Shown: positions 11,551 through 23,949 of the stretch, piece by piece
Layout: every line of letters begins with the position of its first letter
Position numbering within the stretch: position 1 is the first letter of the stretch
Assembly: GCA_963744145.1 (NCBI GenBank)
Contig: CAVUSO010000001.1
Location: 5,056,001 to 5,120,000 of the forward strand
Length of the DNA: 64,000 nt
Source of the DNA: an uncultured cyanobacterium
GTDB lineage: Bacteria > Cyanobacteriota > Cyanobacteriia > Cyanobacteriales > CAWUOF01
Direction: 5' to 3'
Program-made: the position numbers and the translations under genes
Notes under the pieces: model-generated
Databases searched by the model: none
What the model saw: only the letters and a program-made list of their open reading frames with translations
Told to the model about the DNA's origin: nothing

Positions 11551-12423
11551 ATGGCATTTTCTTCTGAGTCACAACCTGTTCGGGATATAACAGTTAAAAT
11601 CCTTTTAACTGGTGGTCAAGAATATACGGTAATCCTGAAATCTGATTCTCTGATCTTACGCAGTCTATTTCAAGCAGTGGGATTACTTTCTAAATGGGAG
11701 GGAAATCCCTTAGCTAAAGTATTTGAAATTCCCATTGATAAAGGTCGAGCATCTTTATGTTTTCCGCGAGAACATTTAATTGGTTTAGTTACTGATCCAC
11801 CGGTCACGGTCAATAAAGTACAGTCATCATTTTACTTGCATTTTCCCAATTTTCTGACTTCAGAAGAAAAAGAAAATTTATTAGATTATACGCTGAAAAT
11901 TGCACCTTCATTTCAAGTATCCGCAGTAACTACTGGGATTGATTCTGGTTATCGAAAATCATCGATATTACCATTTTTTTCTGAAATTTGTAAGACTATA
12001 GAAGTATATAAGGTAATCAATGATAGAATTGAAGCAATGATCCCTTATGTGTTAAATAAACTAGATATTCCTGTATTTTCTTTTTCGATGGAATCACAAT
12101 TGACAGCTAGTAATGATGGAGATTTTTTTAAAATCCATAATGATCACCATGGTTCACGTATAGCTAATCGAGAACTCACTTATGTTTACTATTTTTATCG
12201 AGAACCAAAAGGTTTTAGTGGGGGAGAGATGCGGATGTACGATAGTACAATAGAAAATAATTTTTGTGTTGCTGCTGATACATTTAAAACTATTGAACCC
12301 CAGAATAATAGTATTATCTTTTTCTTAAGTCATTATCTGCACGAAGTTTTACCAGTAAGTTGTCCTTCTAAAAATTTTGCTGATAGTCGTTTTACTATTA
12401 ATGGTTGGGTGAGAAGAAGATAA
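11551..12423 (+). CDS. 2OG-Fe(II) oxygenase, copy 2
   Basis: HND..HEV..SRFTINGW; paralog of 10291. Confidence 0.88.
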   Translation: MAFSSESQPVRDITVKILLTGGQEYTVILKSDSLILRSLFQAVGLLSKWEGNPLAKVFEIPIDKGRASLCFPREHLIGLVTDPPVTVNKVQSSFYLHFPNFLTSEEKENLLDYTLKIAPSFQVSAVTTGIDSGYRKSSILPFFSEICKTIEVYKVINDRIEAMIPYVLNKLDIPVFSFSMESQLTASNDGDFFKIHNDHHGSRIANRELTYVYYFYREPKGFSGGEMRMYDSTIENNFCVAADTFKTIEPQNNSIIFFLSHYLHEVLPVSCPSKNFADSRFTINGWVRRR

Positions 12424-12459
12424 GGGTTGAGCAGGAAAATAATTCGGGAGTAATTAGAG

Positions 12460-13374
12460 ATGGAATTTGCCCAAATACCAACTGAATCTAACCAGGTAAA
12501 AGTTAAAGTTTTGCTAGAAAATGGAAGAGAATATCAGTTATTTTTGTCAAGACATTCACCGCTTTTATCAGATCTGTTTAAAACCTTGAGTACCAAAAAA
12601 GAAAATCGCCAAGGTCAGGATTTTCAATTATTTCAAATTCCCCTAGAAGAAGGAAATGCTACTTTATATTTTCCCAGCGATCGCTTAGTCGGAATGATCG
12701 TAGAACCGTCCATCAAAATTGCACCACAATCAATAGAAATATCTAATTCTTCAGTAAGTACCCAGTCCGATCCTTTGCGATCGGAATATATGCAAATTTC
12801 CAACTTTTTGACTCAAACAGAATGTCAAAAATTACTCGATTATGTCCAGAAACAAGAATCAGCTTTTGTCACTACTAGCACTTCAACTAATGGGGAATAT
12901 ATTGAAGATTATCGTCGTTCAATGGTTCTTTATTCCTTTCCAGAATTTGCCGAATTAATCACTAAAAGAATCCAAGCAATTATGCCCGATATATTTCGCA
13001 AGCTAAAAATTGCTCCTTTTGCGATCGCCAAAATCGAATCCCAGTTAACCTTACATAATGATGGGAATTTTTACAAAGTTCATAATGATAATGGTAGTAT
13101 AGATACAGCCGATCGAGAATTAACTTATGTTTATTATTTTTATCGAGAACCAAAAGCTTTTGCAGGGGGAGAATTAGTCATATATGATAGTAAAATAGAA
13201 AATAATTTTTATGTAAAAGGCGAATCTTATAAAATTGTAGAACCTCAGTATAATAGCATGGTATTTTTCTTAAGTCGCTATTTACACGAAGTTCTACCAA
13301 TTAGTTGTCCGACTCGAGCTTTTGCTGATAGTCGGTTTACCATTAATGGGTGGATTAGTAAACAAGTTAATTAA
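12460..13374 (+). CDS. 2OG-Fe(II) oxygenase, copy 3
   Basis: HND..HEV..SRFTINGW. Confidence 0.88.
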   Translation: MEFAQIPTESNQVKVKVLLENGREYQLFLSRHSPLLSDLFKTLSTKKENRQGQDFQLFQIPLEEGNATLYFPSDRLVGMIVEPSIKIAPQSIEISNSSVSTQSDPLRSEYMQISNFLTQTECQKLLDYVQKQESAFVTTSTSTNGEYIEDYRRSMVLYSFPEFAELITKRIQAIMPDIFRKLKIAPFAIAKIESQLTLHNDGNFYKVHNDNGSIDTADRELTYVYYFYREPKAFAGGELVIYDSKIENNFYVKGESYKIVEPQYNSMVFFLSRYLHEVLPISCPTRAFADSRFTINGWISKQVN

Positions 13375-14441
13375 CCACCTTGATGGAGATATTGCAAAAT
13401 ACCTTGGGCGATCGCTTGTGCCATTTGACTACGATATGCTGGATTAGCTAATTTTGACGCATCATCTTTACCCGTCACAAAACCAACCTCAACTAACACT
13501 GCGGGCATAGAAGTGAATTTAATCACATAAAAATTAGCTTGTCTGACCCGACGATCGGGAAGACCGATTTTTTGCAGAATACTATTATGTATCGTTTTTG
13601 CTAAACCCAAACCGTTATGGTAATAATAAGTTTCTAAACCACTAATATCCGGACGAGTCATATTAATAGCATTAGCATGAATACTCACAAACAAATTTGC
13701 ATTTACTCGTTCCGCTAATTGCACTCTCGGTTCTAATTCTACTTCCCGATCGCTGGAGCGAGTCATAATTACTTTGATCCCGTTTTGTTCAAGTAGAGTT
13801 GATACTTGCTTACCAATATCCAAAACAACATCTTTTTCCCGCAAACCATTAATCCCAACCGCACCAGAATCTCGTCCCCCATGTCCCGGATCGATCACCA
13901 CAATAGTTTTCTGATCATAATTCTGGGGTAAAGGAGTAGTAATAGTATTTGGACTTACCGATCTTAATTGTAATTTTAAAAGATCCGGACTAGAAGTAAT
14001 CAACTCAGTAATTTGAACTTGGGGAGCAGGTTGTAAAAAAATTACTACTGTTTGCGGGTCTTGCTGTTGGACTCTGATCCATTCTACTAAACTATGAGGA
14101 TGGGTTTGAAGTGATTTAATGACCGGTGCGAGTTGGGCTGAATTAATAGTAATTTGATAAACATTAAGAGAATTATTCCAACTCTTAGTATAGGTAAATG
14201 GTCGATCAGTTTTGATTGTTAATAGACTATCATTATTTTGCAAATCAATTGACAGAATATTGGCTACAGGGGAATATTCACTAGCATAAATATCGTCAAT
14301 AGATGAATTTTCTTGATTTTGGCGATCGGGGATCGCTGCGGGAGTAAAAGCATAAGCTTGACGGTCAAATGTCAACATAAAAAAACCAAAAAAGGTGGGT
14401 AATAATCCACCTATCAATAATTTGGAAGAGATTCTTTTCAT
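13371..14441 (-). CDS. amiC: N-acetylmuramoyl-L-alanine amidase with AMIN domain
   Basis: IDPGHGGRD, EKD, SIHAN, LVEVGF Amidase_3 motifs; signal peptide. Confidence 0.88.
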   Translation of the reverse strand: MKRISSKLLIGGLLPTFFGFFMLTFDRQAYAFTPAAIPDRQNQENSSIDDIYASEYSPVANILSIDLQNNDSLLTIKTDRPFTYTKSWNNSLNVYQITINSAQLAPVIKSLQTHPHSLVEWIRVQQQDPQTVVIFLQPAPQVQITELITSSPDLLKLQLRSVSPNTITTPLPQNYDQKTIVVIDPGHGGRDSGAVGINGLREKDVVLDIGKQVSTLLEQNGIKVIMTRSSDREVELEPRVQLAERVNANLFVSIHANAINMTRPDISGLETYYYHNGLGLAKTIHNSILQKIGLPDRRVRQANFYVIKFTSMPAVLVEVGFVTGKDDASKLANPAYRSQMAQAIAQGILQYLHQGG

Positions 14442-14944
14442 CTGATGATCTGTGTGATGGTATTAATATATAGGAGCGTAAATCCTCATACAGCCAGAAC
14501 CGATCTAGATCCGCATGAAAATTAATAATTTTACTGAATTCTTCATCATCTGATTGATCATTAATTTAGTAGATTTAGAACACTGAACGGAAATAGCGCT
14601 CATGAGCTGATTTGACTATTATTGTTCTCTAGATAAATAATTTTCCATCCAGATAATTATTATTTCTCCACAAAATAATATGTAATCACCATTAAGAAAT
14701 TTATTTGAGCAATGGGAAAAATCAGTAAATCTAACTAGGGAAATGGAATCTAGTGGTAAACCTAGTTATATTTAGGTGATAGAAATATTTGATTTCCATT
14801 GACAGGATAAATATGTGCTGATAAAAAGAGAGACTATTTGGGTTAAGGGTTTAAGGGAGGTCATAACTGATTAACCGTGTTAATTAGCGATCGCCCATGG
14901 ATTATTCCTGAGTATAAACACCATCAAATCTTACTAAGTCAGAT

Positions 14945-16924
14945 ATGGGACTGTCTAAATCACTTACTCAATCGAAATTTCTGCTTCGGACCGCTCTAGT
15001 TGTGCCCTTTGTGGTGCAAATAGTGGCTGCTGTTAGCTTGGTCGGGTATCTTTCCTTCCGCAATGGACAAAGAGCGGTGAAAGATCTGGTTGATCAGCTC
15101 CAAGATGAAATTAGTTTCAGAGTTAAAGAACAGGTTCAGGTTTACTTAGAAGCACCACCCTTAGTAAATCAGATTAACGAAGATGCAGCCAGATTGGGGG
15201 TATTAGATTTTAATGACATTGAGAAATCTAGAAGCTATTTATGGAAACAGGTCCTGCGTTTTAAATCTATTGGTCATACTGGACTAGCAAACGAGCAGGG
15301 ACAATATCTTCGCATTGGCTGGGTCAATCGTTCAGCTGGTGCAGAAAAGCCACAACTAGCCCAACAACTACGGAGGGGAACTGGGGATTTATTTTATTAC
15401 AACGTTGACCAGCAGGGTAATCCGATTGGGATAGCGAAGATCACTCCCAATTATGATGTCCGCAAGCGTCCTTTGTATGAAGTTGTACTTAAGCATAATC
15501 GGGCAGCTTGGAGTGGGGTTTATATCAATTTTGGCTATGGTTCATTGCAAATTAATGCTAGTTCTCCCTACTTCGACGATCAGGGAAAGTTAATCGGTAT
15601 ATTCACTTGTCAGATGGGGCTGGATCAAATTCGAGATTTTTTGCAAAACTTAAAAATCGGTCAATCTGGTCAGGTGTTTATGATTGAACCTGCTGGTGAA
15701 TTAATTGCCAGTTCCCTTTCCCAACAAGCTTTAACCATCGGGAAAGGTGATGCTCAGAGACGCTTGAAAGCACAAGAAAGTAGTCATCCCATCATGCGTC
15801 GAAGTATGGAGGAAATAAATACTCATATTCGGGATTTATCGAATCTAGAAGCACCAACTCAATGGGATTTTGAATTAGACCATCAACGCTACTTTTTGAA
15901 AATTTCTCCATTGAAGGATGAATATGGTCTGAACTGGTTAATTGTAGTTGTTGTACCAGAAAATGACTTTATGGCGGAAATTAATGCAAATACCCGTCAT
16001 ACAGTTTTACTATGTTTAGGTGCTCTAGGTTTAGCGATCGGACTTGGTGTGATGACAACCCGTTGGATTACTGCTCCGATTAGACAAATAACTAAAGCTT
16101 CTGAAGAAATGGCAACTGGAGATCTGAATCAACATATTAAACCCTGTTATATTATTGAATTAGACAAACTCGGCAACTCTTTTAATGGGATGACTGAGCA
16201 ATTGAAAGATTCTGTAGAAGCTTTACGTCTTGCTAATGAAGAGTTAGAAAGTCGGGTGGAGCAACGCACTCAGCAATTAAGCTTAGAAAAGGAGCGTTCT
16301 GAACAACTGCTATTAAATATTTTGCCTTTGGAAATTGCCGAACGTTTAAAACGAGCAGAATCTCCCACTGAATATTTTCCAGAAGTGACAATTTTGTTTG
16401 CTGATATTGTCGGGTTTACTCAGCTCTCTACCCAATTAGAACCGATGCAATTAGTTGCTGGACTCAACCAGATTTTCTCTGCTTTTGACCAGTTAACGGA
16501 AAAGCATAGTCTCGAAAAAATCAAAACTATCGGTGATGCTTATATGGTCGTAGGTGGTTTACCTATTCCTCGCTCTGATCATGCTACAGCGATCGCTGAT
16601 TTGGCTTTAGATATGCAAGTTTATATGCAAACTACGGAAACTGACTTAGGAAATTCTCTCCAATTACGCATCGGGATTAATACTGGTCCTGTTATTGCTG
16701 GAGTAATTGGGATTAAGAAATTTATTTATGACCTCTGGGGAGATGCGGTTAATGTTGCATCTCGGATGGAGTCTCATGGTAAACCTGGTTATATTCAGAT
16801 CACCGAAGCAACTTATTCCCATTTAAAAGATCAATATACGATCGAATCAAGGGGAACTATTTCTGTCAAGGGTCGAGGTGAAATGCTGACTTATTGGTTA
16901 ATTGGAAAAAATCCTCTAGCTTAA
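14945..16924 (+). CDS. Membrane class III adenylate/guanylate cyclase (Cache-HAMP-cyclase)
   Basis: Two TMs, YDVRKRP Cache motif, HAMP, FADIVGFT, KTIGDAYM, YDLWGDAVNVASRMES. Confidence 0.92.
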   Translation: MGLSKSLTQSKFLLRTALVVPFVVQIVAAVSLVGYLSFRNGQRAVKDLVDQLQDEISFRVKEQVQVYLEAPPLVNQINEDAARLGVLDFNDIEKSRSYLWKQVLRFKSIGHTGLANEQGQYLRIGWVNRSAGAEKPQLAQQLRRGTGDLFYYNVDQQGNPIGIAKITPNYDVRKRPLYEVVLKHNRAAWSGVYINFGYGSLQINASSPYFDDQGKLIGIFTCQMGLDQIRDFLQNLKIGQSGQVFMIEPAGELIASSLSQQALTIGKGDAQRRLKAQESSHPIMRRSMEEINTHIRDLSNLEAPTQWDFELDHQRYFLKISPLKDEYGLNWLIVVVVPENDFMAEINANTRHTVLLCLGALGLAIGLGVMTTRWITAPIRQITKASEEMATGDLNQHIKPCYIIELDKLGNSFNGMTEQLKDSVEALRLANEELESRVEQRTQQLSLEKERSEQLLLNILPLEIAERLKRAESPTEYFPEVTILFADIVGFTQLSTQLEPMQLVAGLNQIFSAFDQLTEKHSLEKIKTIGDAYMVVGGLPIPRSDHATAIADLALDMQVYMQTTETDLGNSLQLRIGINTGPVIAGVIGIKKFIYDLWGDAVNVASRMESHGKPGYIQITEATYSHLKDQYTIESRGTISVKGRGEMLTYWLIGKNPLA

Positions 16925-16997
16925 GAGTTAATTTATCTTTTCAAAGATTATTTTCTGGTGAATATTTAGATAATTTTTCGATTTACCTATTGACTTT

Positions 16998-18959
16998 ATG
17001 AAGCTAAATAAATATTCTGTACGAAAATTTCGGTTCCGCACTACTTTGGTATTTCTTTTTATCCTCCAAGTAGTATTAGCGATCGGGATGACTAGCTATC
17101 TATATTTTCAGAGTGGTCAAAAAGCGATCGGAGACCTAGCTACCCAATTAAGAAGTGAACTTGTGGCCCGAATTGATGGTGAATTGAGAAGATATTTAGG
17201 CAATTCCCACAATTTTAATCAACTGAATGCGATCGCACTAGCTGAGGGTCGTTTCGATCTGATCAATGCTAGTAATGTGAAGCAATTATTAATTCAAGTA
17301 CGGGTTTCTCCCTTTGTGTATTCATCCTATTGTGGTGATGCTCAAGGATATTATATCGGTGCTAATCGCGTTTTGGATCAAGGTTCACCAATTATAGCGA
17401 TGTCTGCGAGTAATGGGGAAACAGATCACCGATTCTATTTTTATCGAATTGATGATCAGGGTAATCGACAAAAGATTTTTCAACAACTTAAACCCTACGA
17501 TCCCCGTCAACGTCCTTGGTATATTGCTGCGATTAAACAAAAAAAAGCGACTTGGGGGGAAGTCTATTTAGGTTTTAGCAGTGGATTACCAACAATTACA
17601 GCTAGTGAGCCAGTTTATGATGTCCAAGGAAAACTTTTAGGAGTTTGTGCGACCGATGTGGTACTGTTAAAAGATTTAAGAAAGTTTTTGGGGAGTTTAT
17701 CGATTGGTAAAAGGGGGAATGCTTTTATAATTGATCATTTTGGTTATATTCTTTCGAGTTCTAGTCAAGAACCACTCACAGTCGGGACAGGGGAAAATAT
17801 TAAACTAGCTTTAGCGATACAAAGCGAAGAGCCAGTGATTCGTGAGACAGCTAAAAATATCCAGAAACAGTTTGGTAGTTTTAATCAGATTCAGCGATCG
17901 CAACAATTAGATTATCTTTTTCAAGGGGAACGCTGGTTGGCACAAGTGTCACCTTTGCAAGATGATAAAGGTCTTGATTGGTTAATAGTTATTGTCATCC
18001 CAGAAGCTAATTTTATGGCGCAAATTTATGAAAATAATCGGCGGACAATTATATTGATATTAATTACATTGATCTTGGCAATTTTTATTGGTATTCGTGC
18101 GTCTTATTGGATTACTAATCCCTTACACCGACTAGCTCAAGCATCAGAAGGAATTGCTAAAGGAAATCTTGAACAATATGTAGATAGTAGTAATATTATT
18201 GAAATTGATACTTTAAGTCAGTCTTTTAATCGGATGTCGGAAAAACTCAAAAAATTAATTAAAGCCCTAAGTGTTGCTAAAGAAGAACTAGAACATCGCG
18301 TCGAACAACGCACGGCTCAATTAAATCAAGAAAAGGAACACTCCGAACAGTTATTATTAAATATTTTACCAGCGGAAATTGTCGAGCGGTTAAAACGGGC
18401 TGAATCTCCGACGGAATATTTTGAAGAAGTGACTATTCTCTTTGCTGATATTGTCGGGTTTACTCAGCTTTCCAGCGAGATTGAACCTATGCAATTAGTC
18501 GCGGGATTGAACCGAATTTTTTCTGCGTTTGATGGATTAACAGAAAAGTATGGGTTAGAAAAAATTAAAACGATTGGTGATGCTTATATGGTCGTGGGTG
18601 GTTTACCAACTCCGCGATCGGATCATGCGACAGCGATCGCGGATATGGCTTTAGATATGCAAGCTTATATGCAAACTGTAAAAACTGAGTTAGGAGAAAA
18701 TCTGGAATTACGCATTGGAATTAATACAGGTCCAGTGATTGCAGGAGTGATTGGGATTAAAAAGTTTATTTATGATCTCTGGGGAGATGCTGTTAATGTA
18801 GCATCACGGATGGAATCTCATGGTAAACCTGGTTATATTCAGGTAACAGAAGCAACCTATTCCTATTTAAAAGATCAATATATCCTGGAAAGAAGGGGCC
18901 CGGTTTTTGTCAAGGGTCGAGGAGAAATGTTAACTTATTGGTTAATTGGTAAAGATTAA
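16998..18959 (+). CDS. Second Cache-HAMP-cyclase paralog
   Basis: YDPRQRPWY; cyclase domain near-identical to the upstream gene. Confidence 0.92.
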   Translation: MKLNKYSVRKFRFRTTLVFLFILQVVLAIGMTSYLYFQSGQKAIGDLATQLRSELVARIDGELRRYLGNSHNFNQLNAIALAEGRFDLINASNVKQLLIQVRVSPFVYSSYCGDAQGYYIGANRVLDQGSPIIAMSASNGETDHRFYFYRIDDQGNRQKIFQQLKPYDPRQRPWYIAAIKQKKATWGEVYLGFSSGLPTITASEPVYDVQGKLLGVCATDVVLLKDLRKFLGSLSIGKRGNAFIIDHFGYILSSSSQEPLTVGTGENIKLALAIQSEEPVIRETAKNIQKQFGSFNQIQRSQQLDYLFQGERWLAQVSPLQDDKGLDWLIVIVIPEANFMAQIYENNRRTIILILITLILAIFIGIRASYWITNPLHRLAQASEGIAKGNLEQYVDSSNIIEIDTLSQSFNRMSEKLKKLIKALSVAKEELEHRVEQRTAQLNQEKEHSEQLLLNILPAEIVERLKRAESPTEYFEEVTILFADIVGFTQLSSEIEPMQLVAGLNRIFSAFDGLTEKYGLEKIKTIGDAYMVVGGLPTPRSDHATAIADMALDMQAYMQTVKTELGENLELRIGINTGPVIAGVIGIKKFIYDLWGDAVNVASRMESHGKPGYIQVTEATYSYLKDQYILERRGPVFVKGRGEMLTYWLIGKD

Positions 18960-19254
18960 GGATTAATCTAAATGGTTATGGCGATCGCTGTGTTTAACAA
19001 AAGTATAAGAAAAGATTAATGAGGAGCAATCAAACTCGCTGAATTTGTAGGTTGAGCTTTCTTGACTCAACTCAAAGACTTTTATAATATTATAGAGATA
19101 GTTGTTTTCGGAGAAGTGAACGGCAATTGATAAAGATTTGTTTTCGTCTAATAATTTTCAGTCAACAATCATCTCAGGTAGAATATATAGAGTGGCCAAA
19201 AGTTCAGTGTAGCTATCGAGAGTTAGACTAGGCGGAATTTAAAGGCTAAGATAA

Positions 19255-19539
19255 ATGTATAGGATTTTCAATAACAATATGCCTAGTCGTGAACTTTTAT
19301 CCATCGTTAGTCAATTATCTTATCAAGATAAACTGCGACTGATTCACTTTCTCCTCATTGCAGTTGCGAAAGAAGAAGGATGCAGCCTAGAAATTGCTGA
19401 AAATACTAATTCAGAAAATACACTACTGAATCAACTAGCATCAAGGTCGGCAGTTGTCTGGTCTCCACAAGCAGATCACGAATCAATTCAAGCATTATCA
19501 AAACTTCTAGCTACTGCCCAAGAATCAGCCCATGGTTAG
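19255..19539 (+). CDS. Hypothetical protein, antitoxin-like
   Basis: LSYQDKLRLIHFL..VWSP; overlaps the following protease-like relic. Confidence 0.55.
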   Translation: MYRIFNNNMPSRELLSIVSQLSYQDKLRLIHFLLIAVAKEEGCSLEIAENTNSENTLLNQLASRSAVVWSPQADHESIQALSKLLATAQESAHG

Positions 19540-19840
19540 TAGTCAGCGATTTCGATTTTTAGAGCGAATTGATCACCTTGGGCGATCAAGTTTCATGCCA
19601 TATTTGCCCATCACACTCTCTCATCGCAGTAACTCTGTCCAAGTAATGGCTTTGTTAGATACTGGTGCAAGTGTCAATGTTCTTCCTGATGAAATTGGAT
19701 TATAACTAGGGGCAAAATGGGAACAGCAAACTGTTCCTATTCAATTGAGTGGGAATTTGGACCGTAGTGAGGCACGAGGATTGGTGCTTTCGGGTACAGT
19801 TGCTCAGTTTCCGACCACTGAGCAGCAATCGCACCCCTGA
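19532..19840 (+). pseudogene. Retropepsin-like aspartyl protease pseudogene
   Basis: MPYLPITL..ALLDTGASVNVLP followed by an in-frame TAA (~19703) and truncation. Confidence 0.7.
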
Positions 19841-20114
19841 CTCTTAATTTTAGGCATTACAGTCTCATCTATATTAAATTATCTTGACGATGCTTGGGTC
19901 AATCAGGACATTAGGATTGTTAAGAAAGATGTGACTAATGTATAGCCTAAGAGGAAAGGGGAGTCAGAATTATTTATGCTCCCGCGATTCCGACGGAAGG
20001 CAGCAAGATGCTAAGATGATAATTAATCAAGATACATTAACTTAATTAATAGTGTAATATTTTGGGTACAAATGCTTATAGGAAAACCTAGAACTCGATC
20101 AGAGGAGGAAACAA

Positions 20115-20354
20115 ATGATTAGAAAGGGAACGATTTTCTTAATCTTTTTTATCTTTTTGCTGTTTGTGGGATTTGGCGATCGCATTCCCTACCCACCCAT
20201 TAGCACTGCTAGTTACAGAACTCGTGTCACATTAAATAACTTTATCATGGGGATGTTTCATAAACCGGAACCCAGAAAAAATCCTTATGAAGACACCGAA
20301 AAAGCAGTAGACGACATTGAAAGAGGTACTGGAAAAAAGAAAGATAGTGAATAA
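20115..20354 (+). CDS. Small membrane-anchored hypothetical protein
   Basis: GAGGAGG RBS; N-terminal TM helix. Confidence 0.7.
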   Translation: MIRKGTIFLIFFIFLLFVGFGDRIPYPPISTASYRTRVTLNNFIMGMFHKPEPRKNPYEDTEKAVDDIERGTGKKKDSE

Positions 20355-20364
20355 TATTTCACTC

Positions 20365-20402
20365 AGCCATGGTCGGGGCAGAAAATCGTCCCGACCATGG
20401 CT
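20365..20402. terminator. Hairpin between convergent genes
   Basis: agccatggtcggg...cccgaccatggct. Confidence 0.7.
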
Positions 20403-20412
20403 AAAATTCAGA

Positions 20413-21437
<1,025 letters not shown>

Positions 21438-21494
21438 TTAGTATGTGCAAATCTTTCATTCTACCAAATTTTGGCGATCGGATCACTCTACCTG

Positions 21495-22893
21495 CTAAAT
21501 TGCCATGGCGGGACGACGATCGCTTTTCGGTAAAGCTGCTTCTAACTGTGCTGCTAAAGCAATTATGGTAGCTTCATCGGCTGGACGTCCTACTAATTGC
21601 ACCCCGATCGGCAACCCATTAGCGTCAAAACCAGTCGGAATCGCGATCGCTGGTTGACCACTCGCATTAAACCCTGGACAAGGAGCAATCCAAGCAATAA
21701 TTTTTTCTAAGGTTTCCTCGGGACTTAATGATGCCCATTCACCAATGCGAATGGTAGAGTGCATATAAGTAGGCAACAATAGGACATCAAAAGCATCAAA
21801 AAAAGCAACTATTTGTCTAGCAATAATGTGCATTTGGTAAACAGCTTGCAAATACTCTCCCCCAGAACAAGATTGGGCCAGCATCCACTGATTTACCTGA
21901 CTTAAAGCTTCCGGGGGCATTCCGGTTCAACCCGACACCAGATTGCCAAATCCTAGTAAAAGGTGCAATTAAAGCGCTAAAATCTGGACAACCGGGAGTG
22001 AGGGTATGTCCCATATCTGTCAATAATTTGACTAGATCTAACACTGCTTGCTCACAAACAGGTGCGACTTTTCCTATAGATGGAATTTCTGTAGCAAAAG
22101 CGATCCGGAGTGACCCTAATTTTTGCTGAGTAGCTGCTAAAAACGACGGCTCTGGGTCGGGTAACCAATAGGGATCACCCGTCACATAACCAGACATCAC
22201 ATCTAATAATGCCGCAGCATCAGCCACAGTGCGTGCGATCGGACCGTTAGTTGCGATTCCACTTTGATGTTCTCCTAGTGGTGCATAGCTTACCCGACCT
22301 CTAGATGGTTTAATTCCCACTAAACCACAGCAAAAAGCTGGTCCACGAATCGAACCACCACCATCAGACCCTTGAGAAATCCCACATAATCCCGCGGCTA
22401 AGGCAGCAGCGGCTCCACCACTCGAACCACCAGGACTATAATCTAAATTCCAGGGATTGCGGGTCGGGGGAAAACCTTCTGGTTCTGTGTAAGGAAAAGA
22501 CCCTAATTCAGAGGTGGCAGTTTTTCCTAGAATAATAAAGCCTGCTTGTTTGATGCGTGTAACTACAGCATCATCATAAGTAGCAATCTGATCACGCAAA
22601 AATTGACTACCACGGGTGTAGACTACACCTGCAACTGAATTAAGATCTTTGATCGAAATTGGCACACCAAAAAAAGGTGGTAATTCTGTAGTTTGTCCTA
22701 ATTGTTCCGTTTTCGCTTGAGCATCAGCGATCGCTAATTCTGCGGTAACGGTAAAATAACTACCGAGTTGACTATCCTTACACTGAATCCGTTCTAAATA
22801 AAGTTCAGTCAATTCTTTAGGTGATATTTCGTGACGACGGATCAGTTCAGCTTGGACAAGAGCAGGAGTAAATGCTAAATCAATGTCATTCAT
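21495..22893 (-). CDS. Amidase signature family protein, split by an indel near 21928
   Basis: GGSSGG, SDGGGSIR, GLPIGVQLVG. Confidence 0.9.
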
Positions 22894-23043
22894 AGTTAGC
22901 TTTTGGCTAATTGATTATGGTGAGGACAAAAATTAAAATGGTAAATGGCACGGCATGAGAGATGGTCGCCCCTACTGTAGCATTTTTGGCGATCGCTTTT
23001 TGATATGGTAGGATGAGGAGATGATGTGACTAGATTATAAATT

Positions 23044-23688
23044 ATGATTTTACTCATCGATAATTACGATAGTTTCACCTATAACGTTTATCAGGTTGTC
23101 AGCGCCCTTGAACAACATCCAAAAATAGAAGTTATTCGCAACGATCAAATTACCGTAGCAGAAGTTAAACAGAAAATTCAAAAAGGCTATTATCAAGGGA
23201 TAATTATTTCTCCCGGTCCAGGTCGTCCAGAAGACGCAGGAATAACCATAGAAGTAATTAAGGAATTAGGACCAAGTAGCGATCGGGATGGAGAATTTTG
23301 GCCAGGTGTGCCGATTTTAGGAATATGTTTAGGACATCAAGCGATCGGTGATGTATTTGGCGGTAAAGTAGTTTTAGCCCCCGAACCAATCCACGGTAAA
23401 ATTTCTCATATTTATCACCAAGGAAAAGGTATTTTTGCCGGAATTAAAAATGAATTTACCGCCACTCGTTATCATTCTCTAGTTGTTGATCATGCAACTT
23501 TACCAGCATCTCTAGAAATTACGGCTCAAACAGAAGATGGCTTAATTATGGGTCTTCAACATCGCCAATATCAATGGATTCAAGGTGTCCAGTTTCACCC
23601 CGAAAGTATTATGACTGAATTGGTAGCAAGAGAGGGATTATTAACTAACTTTCTGAATCTCATCAATGTGCCAAAATTTCGATATTAA
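23044..23688 (+). CDS. trpG: Anthranilate/aminodeoxychorismate synthase component II (glutamine amidotransferase)
   Basis: IDNYDSFT, SPGPG, GICLGHQ, RYHSL, QFHPES. Confidence 0.88.
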   Translation: MILLIDNYDSFTYNVYQVVSALEQHPKIEVIRNDQITVAEVKQKIQKGYYQGIIISPGPGRPEDAGITIEVIKELGPSSDRDGEFWPGVPILGICLGHQAIGDVFGGKVVLAPEPIHGKISHIYHQGKGIFAGIKNEFTATRYHSLVVDHATLPASLEITAQTEDGLIMGLQHRQYQWIQGVQFHPESIMTELVAREGLLTNFLNLINVPKFRY

Positions 23689-23949
23689 ATATTCGGATTG
23701 ATTCGCGATCTCTTTAATCATCAACTCTGACAGATTTTTTATAAACTGTTAGTAAATTAGGATATTAAAGGATAAGAGTGGGCGGCATTAATCGCCAATT
23801 AACAAGAGATGATATGCTTGTCTACTATTGGGACTTGCAGGACAAGCTTAATTTTGGATGGATTTCGATTTTACTCGTGATCTAGATAATTGATAAATTA
23901 TCCCGATTCAGATATAGTAGGAATGCAGATATCTTATTACTGAGGATTT

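Noticed and set aside
14945..18959. Adenylate cyclases as part of the CRISPR or a Pycsar-like defence system
   Set aside because: Ordinary sensor Cache-HAMP cyclases, separated from the island by housekeeping genes and with no adjacent effector
19980..20010. ggaaggcagca, resembling the SRP RNA loop
   Set aside because: Lacks the CAGG-CCGGAAGG context and the long enclosing stem
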